NCBI GenBank assembly: GCA_016208525.1
Contig: JACQYJ010000004.1
Coordinates: forward strand, 1-46,760
Origin: Deltaproteobacteria bacterium
GTDB taxonomy: Bacteria; Desulfobacterota; JAENJC01
Reading direction: 5' to 3'
Length of the DNA: 46,760 nt
The notes below the pieces were generated by a model, which ran no database searches, was not told the DNA's origin, and saw nothing but the letters and a program-made list of their open reading frames with translations. The position numbers and the translations under genes were made by a program. How positions within the stretch are numbered: position 1 is the first letter of the stretch; the number at the start of each line of letters is the position of its first letter. Positions 1 to 8,186 of the stretch are shown here, piece by piece.

Positions 1-1096
1 AGACACCAATGGTTGCATTTAAGACCCTCTGCACCGCATCTTTCAGAATGGCGTCTTTATAGTCCCCCCTTAGCTTATGATAGTTTTCTATCTTCAGGCA
101 CAGGATAGAAAATGTCCTCTGATACCTGCCTGCCTTTAATATCTCCTTTGTTACATAATCTGCGAAGTAGTTTATGTGATATGTCTTTGTCTTTGCGTCT
201 TTGAATCCCTTGAACTCTATCTCCTTGACCTTCCAGGCGTTTTCCACAGCTATAGACGCAAAACCGGCTATGGTCTTGGCAATCATCAGGTCCCTTATCT
301 CAAATCTGTCCCTGTTAAGTTTGTCAGAGACCTTAACAAGCCCAAGTATCCTCTCTTCCACCTTAAGAGGAATGAAAAAGGTGTTTTCATATGCCGCATC
401 GAACCCGTTTACCCTGTCGTAAAATGGTTTGCCGGCCTTTATCATCCCCAGTTGACCGTGTGTCGAAATCTGCAAGGTATCGACCTCGGACGGTATATTC
501 ACAGCGCCTCTGGCTGCCGCCATCTTTAACAGATCGTCATTCACAGGAGATAAAAGCCAGAGGAGACTGCCCTGGGCGTTGGTCTCCGCCATAATGGAAT
601 CGAGGATGATATCGAGAAGCCTTTCCATGTCAAGGATTGAAAGGATCCTGAGGCATCTCCGATAGACAGAAAGGATGCCGAAATACTCCAGGTTTTCCGA
701 GATCAGCTTGCTGTGCTCAGCAACAAGGTTCTGCTTCTCAAGGATGGTTTTTATCAGGTGTAGAAAATCTTCGGGATTGACCGGTTTAAGGATATAGTCT
801 GTGACGCCTTTTTTCATGGCGTTTACAGCCATCTGGACGTCGCTGATACCTGTGACTATGACGACATCCTGGGCCGGGTTGATCTGCTTTATTGCCTCCA
901 TGGTCTGAAGACCGTCCATCCCCTTCATCGCCATATCAGTAATGACTATATCAAACGGCTCCCCTGCAAATATCCGGAGGGCCTCCTCGCCACTCTCGGC
1001 AGTCACCACCTTATAACCTTCACCGGACAATATGTCGTTATAAAGCTTCCTGAAAAACTTCTCATCATCTACGGCAAGTATCTTGCCTCTGGCCAT
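1..1096 (-). CDS. Response regulator with REC-GAF-GGDEF-like architecture (partial; 3' end runs off the window; absent from supplied ORF track)
   Basis: The minus-strand frame is open from ATG 1096..1094 to the window edge; I checked every plus-strand triplet in that phase and found no TTA/CTA/TCA. The translation begins MARGKILAVDDEKFFRKLYNDIL..FDIVITDMAMKGMDG..TDYILKPV, a CheY-like receiver. A GAF-like middle follows, then DAKTKTYHINYFADY..GRYQRTFSILCLKIENYHKL, which resembles the start of a degenerate GGDEF domain. Confidence 0.75.
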   Translation of the reverse strand, partial: MARGKILAVDDEKFFRKLYNDILSGEGYKVVTAESGEEALRIFAGEPFDIVITDMAMKGMDGLQTMEAIKQINPAQDVVIVTGISDVQMAVNAMKKGVTDYILKPVNPEDFLHLIKTILEKQNLVAEHSKLISENLEYFGILSVYRRCLRILSILDMERLLDIILDSIMAETNAQGSLLWLLSPVNDDLLKMAAARGAVNIPSEVDTLQISTHGQLGMIKAGKPFYDRVNGFDAAYENTFFIPLKVEERILGLVKVSDKLNRDRFEIRDLMIAKTIAGFASIAVENAWKVKEIEFKGFKDAKTKTYHINYFADYVTKEILKAGRYQRTFSILCLKIENYHKLRGDYKDAILKDAVQRVLNATIGV

Positions 1097-1110
1097 GCTG
1101 AACCTCATAA

Positions 1111-1204
1111 GTGAAAATTGCAAATTGCAAATTGAAAAATGCAAAATAGAAGGAAACATCCGAATCTTTACACTTTACACTTTGCATTTTGAATTTTGCA
1201 ATAA
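1111..1204. repeat. Imperfect inverted array of heptamer-type repeats (ATTGCAA / TTGCAAA words) forming a long hairpin
   Basis: Left arm is gaaaattgcaaattgcaaattgaaaaatgcaaaat. Right arm is cactttgcattttgaattttgcaat, its imperfect reverse complement. Confidence 0.7.
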
Positions 1205-1216
1205 AGTTTGATGCAC

Positions 1217-1335
1217 TCGTAAAAAGTCCAAAATCACCCTTCGACAAGCTCAGGGCGAACGGTGGTCTGGTTGAAATCATTGACTTTATTCCGTTCGTGG
1301 TGAGCTTGTCGAACCACAGAAAAGACTTTTTACGA
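1217..1335. repeat. ~119-bp palindromic element (the 'FDKLRANG / SLSKG' type when translated)
   Basis: Outer arms tcgtaaaaagtc (1217-1228) and gactttttacga (1324-1335) are perfect reverse complements. Inner arms are ccttcgacaagctcagggcgaacgg and ccgttcgtggtgagcttgtcgaacc. A single-arm relative occurs at ~10683-10735. Confidence 0.8.
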
Positions 1336-1376
1336 ATGAATCAAGTTTAGCTGTTTGCAATATGGCTAAACTGTTT

Positions 1377-1892
1377 TTACATCTTGTACTTCCCGAAATC
1401 CTCCGGTGAAAGCTTCTCAAGGATACCTTCCCAGGCTCCATTTTCCATCTTACCCTTTGCTGTGAGGTCTATCCTCTTTGACCGCTCGATCACCCTGTCG
1501 CTCACAAATATGGGGCAGTTGGCACGGAGGGCGACGGCAATGGCGTCGCTCGGCCTTGCATCTACGGCAATCTCTTTTCTCCCCTTTTTTAGATAAATGG
1601 TTGCGTAGAACGTATTGTCCCTCAGGTCGTTTACTTCAACCATAATGATATCGGCGCCCAGTGCATGGACGGTATTCCTGAGAAGGTCATGTGTCATCGG
1701 CCTGGAAAGGGTCATCTTCTCAAGTTCCGCAGCAATTGCGCTCGCCTCTAATATCCCGATCCAGATCGGGATGGTCTGCCGCCCTTTCAGGTCTTTAAGA
1801 AGGACTACCGGCATGCTTGTAAGCAGGTCAAGGGTGAGCCCCTTGACCTGCATCTCTGTATATGAGTCGTCTTTCATTCGTTCATCCCTCAA
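1377..1892 (-). CDS. Bifunctional nuclease family protein (DUF151/BFN domain)
   Basis: 171 aa. GLTLDLLTSMPVVLLKDLKGRQTIPIWIGILEASAIA..RPMTHDLL..DARPSDAIAVALR matches the DUF151 core as I recall it. The start codon is uncertain: TTG at 1892 lies inside a heptamer array, and an internal Met (MQVKG) is also possible. Confidence 0.75.
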   Translation of the reverse strand: MRDERMKDDSYTEMQVKGLTLDLLTSMPVVLLKDLKGRQTIPIWIGILEASAIAAELEKMTLSRPMTHDLLRNTVHALGADIIMVEVNDLRDNTFYATIYLKKGRKEIAVDARPSDAIAVALRANCPIFVSDRVIERSKRIDLTAKGKMENGAWEGILEKLSPEDFGKYKM

Positions 1893-1902
1893 CCCTCATC
1901 CT

Positions 1903-3240
1903 TCATCCTTTCTCAATCATTTCTCCAATCAAAGAGTTAATAAAACCCTTTGCTATCCTTACCTGCACCAACTCCCCGACAAGCTCTTCATTTCCATCAA
2001 ATTTCACGGTCTTGAAGCTCCTCGTCTTTCCTGAAAGCCTCTCATGGCTTTTCTCGCCTCCACCCTCCACAAGTACCTCCACTACTTTTCCTTCGTATTC
2101 CATATTCCTTTCAAGGGATATCTCCCTCTGCCTCTCCTGAAGGAGCAGAAGCCTTTTATTCTTCAGGCCCTCATCAACCTGATCCGGCATCCCTGCCGCC
2201 TTTGTCTCGAGCCTCGGGGAGAATTTAAAGGAGAATATGGCATCGTACCTTACCTTTTCTATAAGGTCCATCGTGGCGTCAAAATCCTCACCCGTCTCTC
2301 CTGGAAAACCTACTATGATGTCCGAGGTCAGGGCCATTCCTGGCGACAGATCTCTAAGGGCTTGTACCCTGCCGAGATAACCATCCCTTGAGTAACTCCT
2401 GTTCATCTTTTTCAGGACACTGTCGGAGCCGGACTGTACCGGGAGATGAAGATGCTCGCACAGCTTGTCAAGCCTCCCGAAAGAGGATATAAGAGGGTCT
2501 GAGATATCCTTTGGATGAGACGTCATAAAACGCATCCTTTTCAAACCATGTATGCCGTTTACCTCCCTGAGAAGGGTCGGGAAGTCTGTCCCCTCATCAA
2601 GACCACGTCCGTATGAATTTACATTCTGTCCAATAAGGGTCACATCTTTAACACCCCTTGACACCAGACCCTCTATCTCTTTTATAATCCCTGCACTTGG
2701 CCTGCTAATCTCCCTCCCTCTCACATAAGGGACTATGCAATAGGAACAGAAGTTGTCACATCCGAGCATCACGTTCACAAGACCTTTCAGGCTGTTCGAT
2801 GAACTACCAGAGACCGGGGCAGGAAAGATATCAATGCCATTCTCATAAAAACGGGTCTCCGAAACCCTCTCCTTATTCCTCATTACCTGGCTGACAAGCT
2901 CCGGGAGTTTGTGTATGTTGTGGGTTCCAAATACGATGTCGAGATGCGGGACGCGCTTAAGGAGCCGCTCTCCCTCCTGCTGGGCAACACACCCGCCTAC
3001 CCCGATAATGAGGTTCGGGTTCCTCTCCTTGTAAGACTTGAGAGTCCCAAGGTAACTATAGACCTTATGCTCAGCCTTGTCCCTTACACTGCATGTGTTT
3101 AGGATTACAAGGTCCGCCTTCCCTATATCTGTGGTCGTCCTGTAATTGCAACCGGACAGAAGGCTGGTTATCTTCCCGGAGTCGCTGTCGTTCATCTGAC
3201 AACCGTGGGTCTCAACAAATAAAAATCTCTCCTGCACCAA
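1903..3240 (-). CDS. miaB: tRNA-2-methylthio-N6-dimethylallyladenosine synthase (radical SAM methylthiotransferase)
   Basis: 445 aa. It has the N-terminal UPF0004 motif FVETHGCQMNDSDS, the radical-SAM CDNFCSYCIVPYVRGRE motif and a C-terminal TRAM-like end. Start is TTG or GTG at 3240/3237. Confidence 0.9.
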   Translation of the reverse strand: MVQERFLFVETHGCQMNDSDSGKITSLLSGCNYRTTTDIGKADLVILNTCSVRDKAEHKVYSYLGTLKSYKERNPNLIIGVGGCVAQQEGERLLKRVPHLDIVFGTHNIHKLPELVSQVMRNKERVSETRFYENGIDIFPAPVSGSSSNSLKGLVNVMLGCDNFCSYCIVPYVRGREISRPSAGIIKEIEGLVSRGVKDVTLIGQNVNSYGRGLDEGTDFPTLLREVNGIHGLKRMRFMTSHPKDISDPLISSFGRLDKLCEHLHLPVQSGSDSVLKKMNRSYSRDGYLGRVQALRDLSPGMALTSDIIVGFPGETGEDFDATMDLIEKVRYDAIFSFKFSPRLETKAAGMPDQVDEGLKNKRLLLLQERQREISLERNMEYEGKVVEVLVEGGGEKSHERLSGKTRSFKTVKFDGNEELVGELVQVRIAKGFINSLIGEMIEKG

Positions 3241-3424
3241 CCCCTATACCTCCGATAAAGTCAAAATATTAATGGGTTTATGAGCTAAAGTCAATTACTT
3301 TCAGGGCTCATCTCCCCTGTGTTCCCCCTTTCTTGCCCTGTATTTCTTTTGTGCGCTCTGTGGTTCGATTGCAGGATTTAAATGGAACGAAAAACGATGG
3401 AGATATCGGAGAGATTTGGATAAA

Positions 3425-3540
3425 CCTAAAAAAAGCATTTGCCACTGACTTTCACGGACTAAGAGCAAGTAATTAAAAGATTTTTCGACTAGCATTAGAA
3501 TCACCTTTTGGGTGAACTGCTCATAATGTTTAAATGTTTA
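3425..3540. mobile_element. MITE copy 1 (right end deleted)
   Basis: Nearly identical to 43496-43640: cctaaaaaaagcatttgccactgactttcacggactaagagcaagtaattaaaagatttttcgac.agcattagaatcaccttttgggtgaactgctcataatgttt. The right terminal repeat is missing. Homology stops at the 3' end of the FNT ORF. Confidence 0.7.
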
Positions 3541-4201
3541 GGGCTATAAAACCACTTCCTCCGATCACATTCCCAAGGGTTACAGGAATCAGGCTATACA
3601 TAAATCCAACCCAGGTAAGGTTGCTGATATTCACTGAAGTCGGAACAACTACCTGGTACTGCGCCAGGAGGCCAAGGGGGATAAAGTACATATTCGCTAC
3701 GCAATGCTCAAATCCGGCGGCAACAAACGCAGACACAGGAAAGATAATGGCCAGTATCTTGTCCGTCACAGTATGACCGGCCAAAACCATCCAGACAGCC
3801 AGACAAACTAGGACGTTACAGAGAATCCCTTTAAAAAAAGCCTCCCAAAAAGGGGTTGACGTCTTAATCGCCGCAATCTTTACCATCTGAATCCCCACAG
3901 CTCCATCATTCATGGATGAGTGATGTGATAATGCGACTAAAAGAGCAAGACCTATAGCGCCTATAGCGTTCGCAATAAATATAACCAACCAGTTTTTTAG
4001 TAATTCAGTAGTTGTTATCTTCCTGCTGGTCCATGCCATAACAAGGAGATTGTTACCTGTGAATAATTCCGCCCCGGCCACAACCACAAGAATAAGCCCC
4101 AGAGAAAATACAAGCCCTCCAACTACCCGGCTTATCGCAAAACCAAGGGTTGTACCGAGATTATCCGGCGCATCGCCCTTTCTTCTTAAGTTCTCCGCCA
4201 T
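3530..4201 (-). pseudogene. Formate/nitrite transporter (FNT) family gene, apparently truncated at both ends
   Basis: 223 aa with FNT hallmarks: GGLVFSLGLILVVVAGAELFTGNN and FPVSAFVAAGFEHCVANMYF. The first TM helix expected in FocA/NirC-type proteins is absent. The last codons (..LNI-stop) are read from MITE sequence. A good SD (gaaggagg) precedes the ATG, so a short functional variant cannot be excluded. Confidence 0.5.
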
Positions 4202-4232
4202 CTCCTGCCTCCTTCAAACGTAATAAAAAAAA

Positions 4233-5609
4233 TCAGAATATCTTTAAAATACCGTCTATGGTCATTTCCGTAGCCCCGCGATTTTGCAGAACCGCCTGCT
4301 TTGCCCTGTCTCCTGTCATGCCGCATAAATCGTCATCTGCAAGAAGCCTGTCTATCCGGCTTTTAAGCTCTTCAGCATTGTTAACCCTGACCCCTCCCCC
4401 GCTTTCTTCCAGTATCCTGGCCGAGTCCCTGAAATTCTCAATATGAGGGCCGAAAAGCACCGGTCTCCCGTACGAAGCAGGTTCAAGGATGTTGTGGCCG
4501 CCAACAGGTACGAGAGTTCCACCTACAAATACAATTGTCCCATATTTATAAAAAGATGCAAGTTCACCAAGGGTATCAAGCAATAGGATGGACGACTCTA
4601 TCTTTTCAGAAACCTCTGAACGTCTTACATACTTAAGACCCTTTTCATTAAGTATCCCCTCAACCTCTCTGACCCTGTCAAGGTGCCTGGGGGCAAGGAC
4701 CAGCTTCAGCGCAGGGTATCTCTCCCTCAGTCCTTTGTACACATCCAGCACAGGAGATTCCTCGCCTGAACGGGTGCTCCCGGCCAGAAGGACAGGGCCG
4801 CCCCATATCTCCATGAACCCTATGCCCTTGTCTATTGCGTTAATATCAAACTTGATATTTCCTGTTACAGTCACCCTTGAAGGCTCTGCGCCAAGAGTGA
4901 TAATCCTTTGGGCATCGCCCCCGGATTGCATCAGGAATGCCCTTATATGACAAAATACCTTTCTAAGAAGCGGGCTGATGAACCAGTACTTCCCGTAAGA
5001 CCTGTCTGAGATCCTGCCGTTGACTACTGCCACCGGGATACCCATACTCCCGGCCTTTCTTATAAGGTTAGGCCAGAGTTCAGTCTCCATCAGAATGAGG
5101 GCTGAAGGATTAACCTTTTTCACAGCCCTGTTGACTACCCACGGTAAATCCAGGGGGAGGAATATCACACCATCGGCCTTGAGCTTCTCTTTTGCAGCCT
5201 TGTTTCCTGTTGGGGTGAATGTGGAGACAAGAAGCTTTTTGTCCGGCCACCTCCCCTTGATCGCATCAAGAAGCCGCTGGGAGGCGATGACCTCCCCGAC
5301 CGATGAAGCATGGAACCAGATAGGCCTTTCCTCTGAATCTCCCCCTTTGGCAAAGAGGGATAAAGGGGGATTTTTCAGATCAGCTACAACTTTATCTGGA
5401 ATATTCCCCAACCTTTCTGAAAGGCCGGTTCTGTAACGTTTATCGGTAAGGAGTTTGTAGAATATGAAAGGGGAAAGGATAACGAGAGATAAGATAATGA
5501 GTATGTTATAAAGAAATAGCACTGTGGACCCCTGATTCTGAAATGGTGGGCGCAGCCCACCCTGTTTAACCGGCTCCTGACGACTGACCACCGGCCACTG
5601 ATAATTCAT
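4233..5609 (-). CDS. waaA: 3-deoxy-D-manno-octulosonic acid (Kdo) transferase
   Basis: 458 aa. PIWFHASSVGEV matches the KdtA signature, and the C-terminal half is glycosyltransferase-like. The start ATG overlaps the stop of the upstream permease (ATGA). Confidence 0.85.
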   Translation of the reverse strand: MNYQWPVVSRQEPVKQGGLRPPFQNQGSTVLFLYNILIILSLVILSPFIFYKLLTDKRYRTGLSERLGNIPDKVVADLKNPPLSLFAKGGDSEERPIWFHASSVGEVIASQRLLDAIKGRWPDKKLLVSTFTPTGNKAAKEKLKADGVIFLPLDLPWVVNRAVKKVNPSALILMETELWPNLIRKAGSMGIPVAVVNGRISDRSYGKYWFISPLLRKVFCHIRAFLMQSGGDAQRIITLGAEPSRVTVTGNIKFDINAIDKGIGFMEIWGGPVLLAGSTRSGEESPVLDVYKGLRERYPALKLVLAPRHLDRVREVEGILNEKGLKYVRRSEVSEKIESSILLLDTLGELASFYKYGTIVFVGGTLVPVGGHNILEPASYGRPVLFGPHIENFRDSARILEESGGGVRVNNAEELKSRIDRLLADDDLCGMTGDRAKQAVLQNRGATEMTIDGILKIF

Positions 5610-6409
5610 TCCCCTATCTTTCCAAGCAGACCCTTGACCCTCACCGCCTTGAACATCTTGAAGAAGAAGAGAGTGGCAAGAAAAAGGTATAAAAGGTTTA
5701 AGGAGAGCGCCCAGGTAAGCTCCTTTACCGGGAATCCCCCGCTGGACACGACCGTCCTCATCCCCTCAAATACATGGGAGGATGGAACCCACATAGCTAA
5801 GACCTGAACTGGATATGGCAGAACCGATACAGGATAGAATACGGCAGAGACCGGCTGGAACAGGAATGCTACTCCCCATGCCAGCACCTCAGCCTGACTG
5901 CCGAAACGCAGGATCAAAGCAGTGGTGAATATCCCTATGGCCCATCCAAGGAGCAGGAGGTTCAGTACAAGGGGCAAAAGTGAAACCCCTATAATAAAGA
6001 TGTTAAAGGAATAAAAAAGCCATGCAAGGAAGATGCTGACGGATGCGGTAAGGATGATCTTTATAAGGCTCACGAACATCAGGGAGATAAGGTATTCGCT
6101 GATACTGATGGGAGAGACAAAGAGATTGAGGAGGTTCCGGGACCAGATATCCTCCAGAAAAGATATGGATATTCCCTGCTGGGCCCTGAAAAGAAGGTCC
6201 CAGAGTATCAGAGCGCCCAGAAAAAAACTTACAAAGACCGGAAGGGTTCCACGGTACTGATTGAGGTATATGGTTATGAAACCCCATAAGACCAGATCAA
6301 GCACAGGCCAGTACAGCACCCCCATTAGTCTCGGGATACTTCTCTTATAAAGAAACAGCTGCCTGAGAAATATGGCTTGAATTCTATGAAGATTCATCGT
6401 TCGCTCCAA
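5606..6409 (-). CDS. ABC-2 type exporter permease
   Basis: 267 aa. It is a six-TM hydrophobic protein with an ABC-2-like layout, lies directly downstream of an ABC ATPase gene, and overlaps waaA. Confidence 0.8.
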   Translation of the reverse strand: MERTMNLHRIQAIFLRQLFLYKRSIPRLMGVLYWPVLDLVLWGFITIYLNQYRGTLPVFVSFFLGALILWDLLFRAQQGISISFLEDIWSRNLLNLFVSPISISEYLISLMFVSLIKIILTASVSIFLAWLFYSFNIFIIGVSLLPLVLNLLLLGWAIGIFTTALILRFGSQAEVLAWGVAFLFQPVSAVFYPVSVLPYPVQVLAMWVPSSHVFEGMRTVVSSGGFPVKELTWALSLNLLYLFLATLFFFKMFKAVRVKGLLGKIGE

Positions 6410-6414
6410 AATAT

Positions 6415-6474
6415 GGGGACAGTCCCGATTCTACGACTTCGCTGCGCTCCGTCCGTAAATCTGGGACAGTCCCC
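6415..6474. repeat. GGGGACAGTCCC...GGGACAGTCCCC palindromic element (copy 1 of 5)
   Basis: Sequence is ggggacagtcccgattctacgacttcgctgcgctccgtccgtaaatctgggacagtcccc. It is almost identical to 29525-29584 and related to 26486-26545, 28054-28105 and 33241-33299. Confidence 0.85.
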
Positions 6475-6478
6475 ATCT

Positions 6479-7207
6479 TCATCCTTCACCCCTGGCAACC
6501 TCTATGAAAACCTGTTCGAGGTTTTCCTTCTTAAACCCCTTCACCACTTCCTCCGGGGTCCCGGTGGCTATGACCTTTCCCTTGTCGAGGAAGACTATCC
6601 TGTCGGACATCTCCTCCATCTCTTTCATATTGTGCGATGTATAAAGGATTGTAAGACCCCTCTCGTCCCTGAACCTCTTTAAAAGCCTCCTGGTCTTGTC
6701 GGCTATATCAGGGTCGAGTGATGCTGTCGGTTCGTCAAGGAGGAGGAGCTTCGGTTCGTTCAAGAGGGCCTTGGCCAGACATACCCTTGTCACCTGGCCT
6801 GACGAGAGCTTCCTGACCAGTTTATCCCCCAGGTCGGATATCTCAAACTCTTTCAGGAGATCATCTATCTTATCTTTGCTGTTCTTGATGCCGTACAGCA
6901 TGGAAAATATCCTGAGGTTCTCCCTGACGGTAAGTGAGAGGGGCATGGATACATACGAAGAGGAGAAATTGAGGTAGTTCAATATCTCCCTCCTCTTTTC
7001 GCAGAGCTCCATATCAAATATCCTGATCCGCCCTGAGGTCGGCATCGTCAGGCCGAGGAGTATATGGATGATGGTTGTCTTCCCCGCGCCGTTTGGGCCA
7101 AGAAGTCCCAGTATCTCCCCTTTCCCGATCTCAAAGGATACGTCATCAACTGCCATAAAGCCGTTAAAGGCCTTCTTCAGATTTTTTACTGAGACTATAG
7201 TTTCCAT
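6479..7207 (-). CDS. ABC transporter ATP-binding protein
   Basis: 242 aa with Walker A GPNGAGKTT, signature LSSGQ and Walker B LLLLDEPT. Confidence 0.9.
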   Translation of the reverse strand: METIVSVKNLKKAFNGFMAVDDVSFEIGKGEILGLLGPNGAGKTTIIHILLGLTMPTSGRIRIFDMELCEKRREILNYLNFSSSYVSMPLSLTVRENLRIFSMLYGIKNSKDKIDDLLKEFEISDLGDKLVRKLSSGQVTRVCLAKALLNEPKLLLLDEPTASLDPDIADKTRRLLKRFRDERGLTILYTSHNMKEMEEMSDRIVFLDKGKVIATGTPEEVVKGFKKENLEQVFIEVARGEG

Positions 7208-7270
7208 AAATTCCTTGACAAGATATACATTATTTAATAATATGTTACCAATACTTTGGCGGTGACTGAG

Positions 7271-8032
7271 TCATTCGGGCGCCGCCTTTTTCTTTTTGGG
7301 AAGAACCACAAGCCCGTACCCTTCGTATCGCCCCTTTATGTCCCTTCTAAACTTTCTTTCGATGACGTGCCAGTCCTGCTTTGGATTTTTCCCCAAAACA
7401 TGGCGACCAATAGGCGACACGAGAAGATCGGCGATCTGCAACCCCGCAATGTCCTTCTTTTTGTCGCGGATATGAAGCTCCTTGATATATTTCCGAACCT
7501 TAGAGGCCGAGGTATAATCAGTCCCGCCAGTCCTAAGCTCCATCCAGGCAAGGCGCAGCTCATTATCAAGGGTTTCATCCCTCGATTCCGCGATTATATG
7601 GCCTGGAGCATCATCCCCTCTGTTTTTAACCTCATGCACAAACCGTTCGACAAGAATTCTCAGGGAGAGCATATAAGGGTCTAATGCCGCCAGGCCGCAC
7701 TCCGACAAATGCTCATTCTTATTGATGACAGAGGCAACTATCATATAATCCAGATCATCCATCAACCGATTGGTTTCGCGATAAAAACGCTCCCTGAATG
7801 CGGCATCCGTAAGCCTGTGAAAAACCCCTTTTCGTCTCACTATATCTGCCGTATGAAGGATAAAATCGTCCCTTCCAAATAGCTCCATCTTATACTGTCT
7901 CAGCCTCGGCACGGCTGTCTTCTCATGATAATCCATGTCCATTATGCATCCGCCGAGGACAAAGACAGGATACTGCGGGTCTATGATATCCAGGCTGTGA
8001 TCTCCTGATTCATCTAAGAAAAGAGCGAGCAT
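7271..8032 (-). CDS. DUF3800 domain protein
   Basis: 253 aa. It has N-terminal LFLDESGD, a central IIAESRDE and a C-terminal GLQIADLL, which are the motifs I associate with Pfam DUF3800. Confidence 0.65.
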   Translation of the reverse strand: MLALFLDESGDHSLDIIDPQYPVFVLGGCIMDMDYHEKTAVPRLRQYKMELFGRDDFILHTADIVRRKGVFHRLTDAAFRERFYRETNRLMDDLDYMIVASVINKNEHLSECGLAALDPYMLSLRILVERFVHEVKNRGDDAPGHIIAESRDETLDNELRLAWMELRTGGTDYTSASKVRKYIKELHIRDKKKDIAGLQIADLLVSPIGRHVLGKNPKQDWHVIERKFRRDIKGRYEGYGLVVLPKKKKAAPE

Positions 8033-8186
8033 TTATATTTCCTTATTGCACACTGTTTTTTTCATCCAATCCCCTCAATCAGTCGCCGCAGGGCTTACAG
8101 TGTATTTTTTCCGAAATTCAGTATCACGTCATCGGAATTCAGGCATTTGACACTCTTTACCATTTCTTTCATTGCTGTGGCTGTGG

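Noticed and set aside
3355-3390. tRNA-like T-arm (ctgtG GTTCGAT tgcag) suggesting a tRNA gene or tRNA 3' fragment (att site) next to MITE copy 1
   Set aside because: The loop is not the canonical TTCRA context. No acceptor stem, anticodon arm or CCA-compatible end could be found on either side, so a single stem-loop is insufficient.
7256-7684. 142-aa plus-strand ORF downstream of the consensus-like promoter
   Set aside because: It lies entirely antisense to the DUF3800 ORF, which has clear family motifs. The translated sequence is low-complexity with no recognisable features, so it is a shadow ORF.
8095-8172. 25-codon minus-strand ORF (MKEMVKSVKCLNSDDVILNFGKNTL) in the gap between the HEPN-like gene and DUF3800
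   Set aside because: It is too short, has no SD and has no recognisable motif. It could be a gene fragment but cannot be supported from sequence alone.
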